Origin: an uncultured bacterium
GTDB taxonomy: Bacteria; UBP6; UBA1177
Direction: 5' to 3'
NCBI GenBank assembly: GCA_905235605.1
Contig: CAJOMF010000001.1
Location: 6,967 to 70,966, forward strand
DNA: 64,000 bases
The first letter of the stretch is position 1; each line of letters starts with the position of its first letter. Position numbers and translations under genes: made by a program. The notes beneath the pieces are model-generated. The model was not told the DNA's origin. It made no database searches and saw only the letters and a list, made by a program, of their open reading frames with translations. This document shows, piece after piece, positions 64,000-64,000 of this stretch.

Positions 64000-64000
64000 G

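Noticed and set aside
1-64000. Alternative genetic code, tRNA/rRNA genes
   Set aside because: TGA, TAA and TAG all terminate conserved genes at the expected ends; no cloverleaf or rRNA-like sequence was seen in the short intergenic gaps.

Overview
Bacterial chromosomal segment of about 44% GC (estimated by eye), read with the standard code. It holds about 60 genes. I see no rRNA, tRNA, CRISPR array, transposase or prophage. Housekeeping genes include tdk, iscS-iscU, lpdA, leuC/leuD-family, queC, lipA, rlmN, pilD, rdgB, yfgM/bamB-like, ihfB, a JAB-DinG fusion, proS, rpoH, mtaB, rpsA and recX. They are interspersed with many Cys-rich or low-complexity lipoproteins carrying CGNG repeats, DUF1566, Asp-box, ankyrin, C2-like and AgmX/PglI-C domains. 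This content points to a Myxococcota/deltaproteobacteria-like lineage (inference). The most striking unexplained signals are non-coding. (1) A family of at least 9 arrays of 8-bp units sharing the self-complementary frame nATnnCGn. They often abut stop codons, form the C-termini of two genes, and bracket lpdA and rdgB as inverted pairs. (2) A GTAG-headed REP-like hairpin found once between genes and four times in frame inside proteins (VETSPETS). (3) Sigma70-like promoters that repeatedly use a 16-bp spacer. Notable gene-level items are a HAD/cytidylyltransferase/GT4/CDP-alcohol phosphotransferase operon whose last gene is frameshifted, a 760-aa orphan plus an antirepressor-like gene after a radical SAM/DUF4130 pair, and several enzymes with degenerate catalytic motifs. 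Product calls rest on motif recognition only; no database searches were run.
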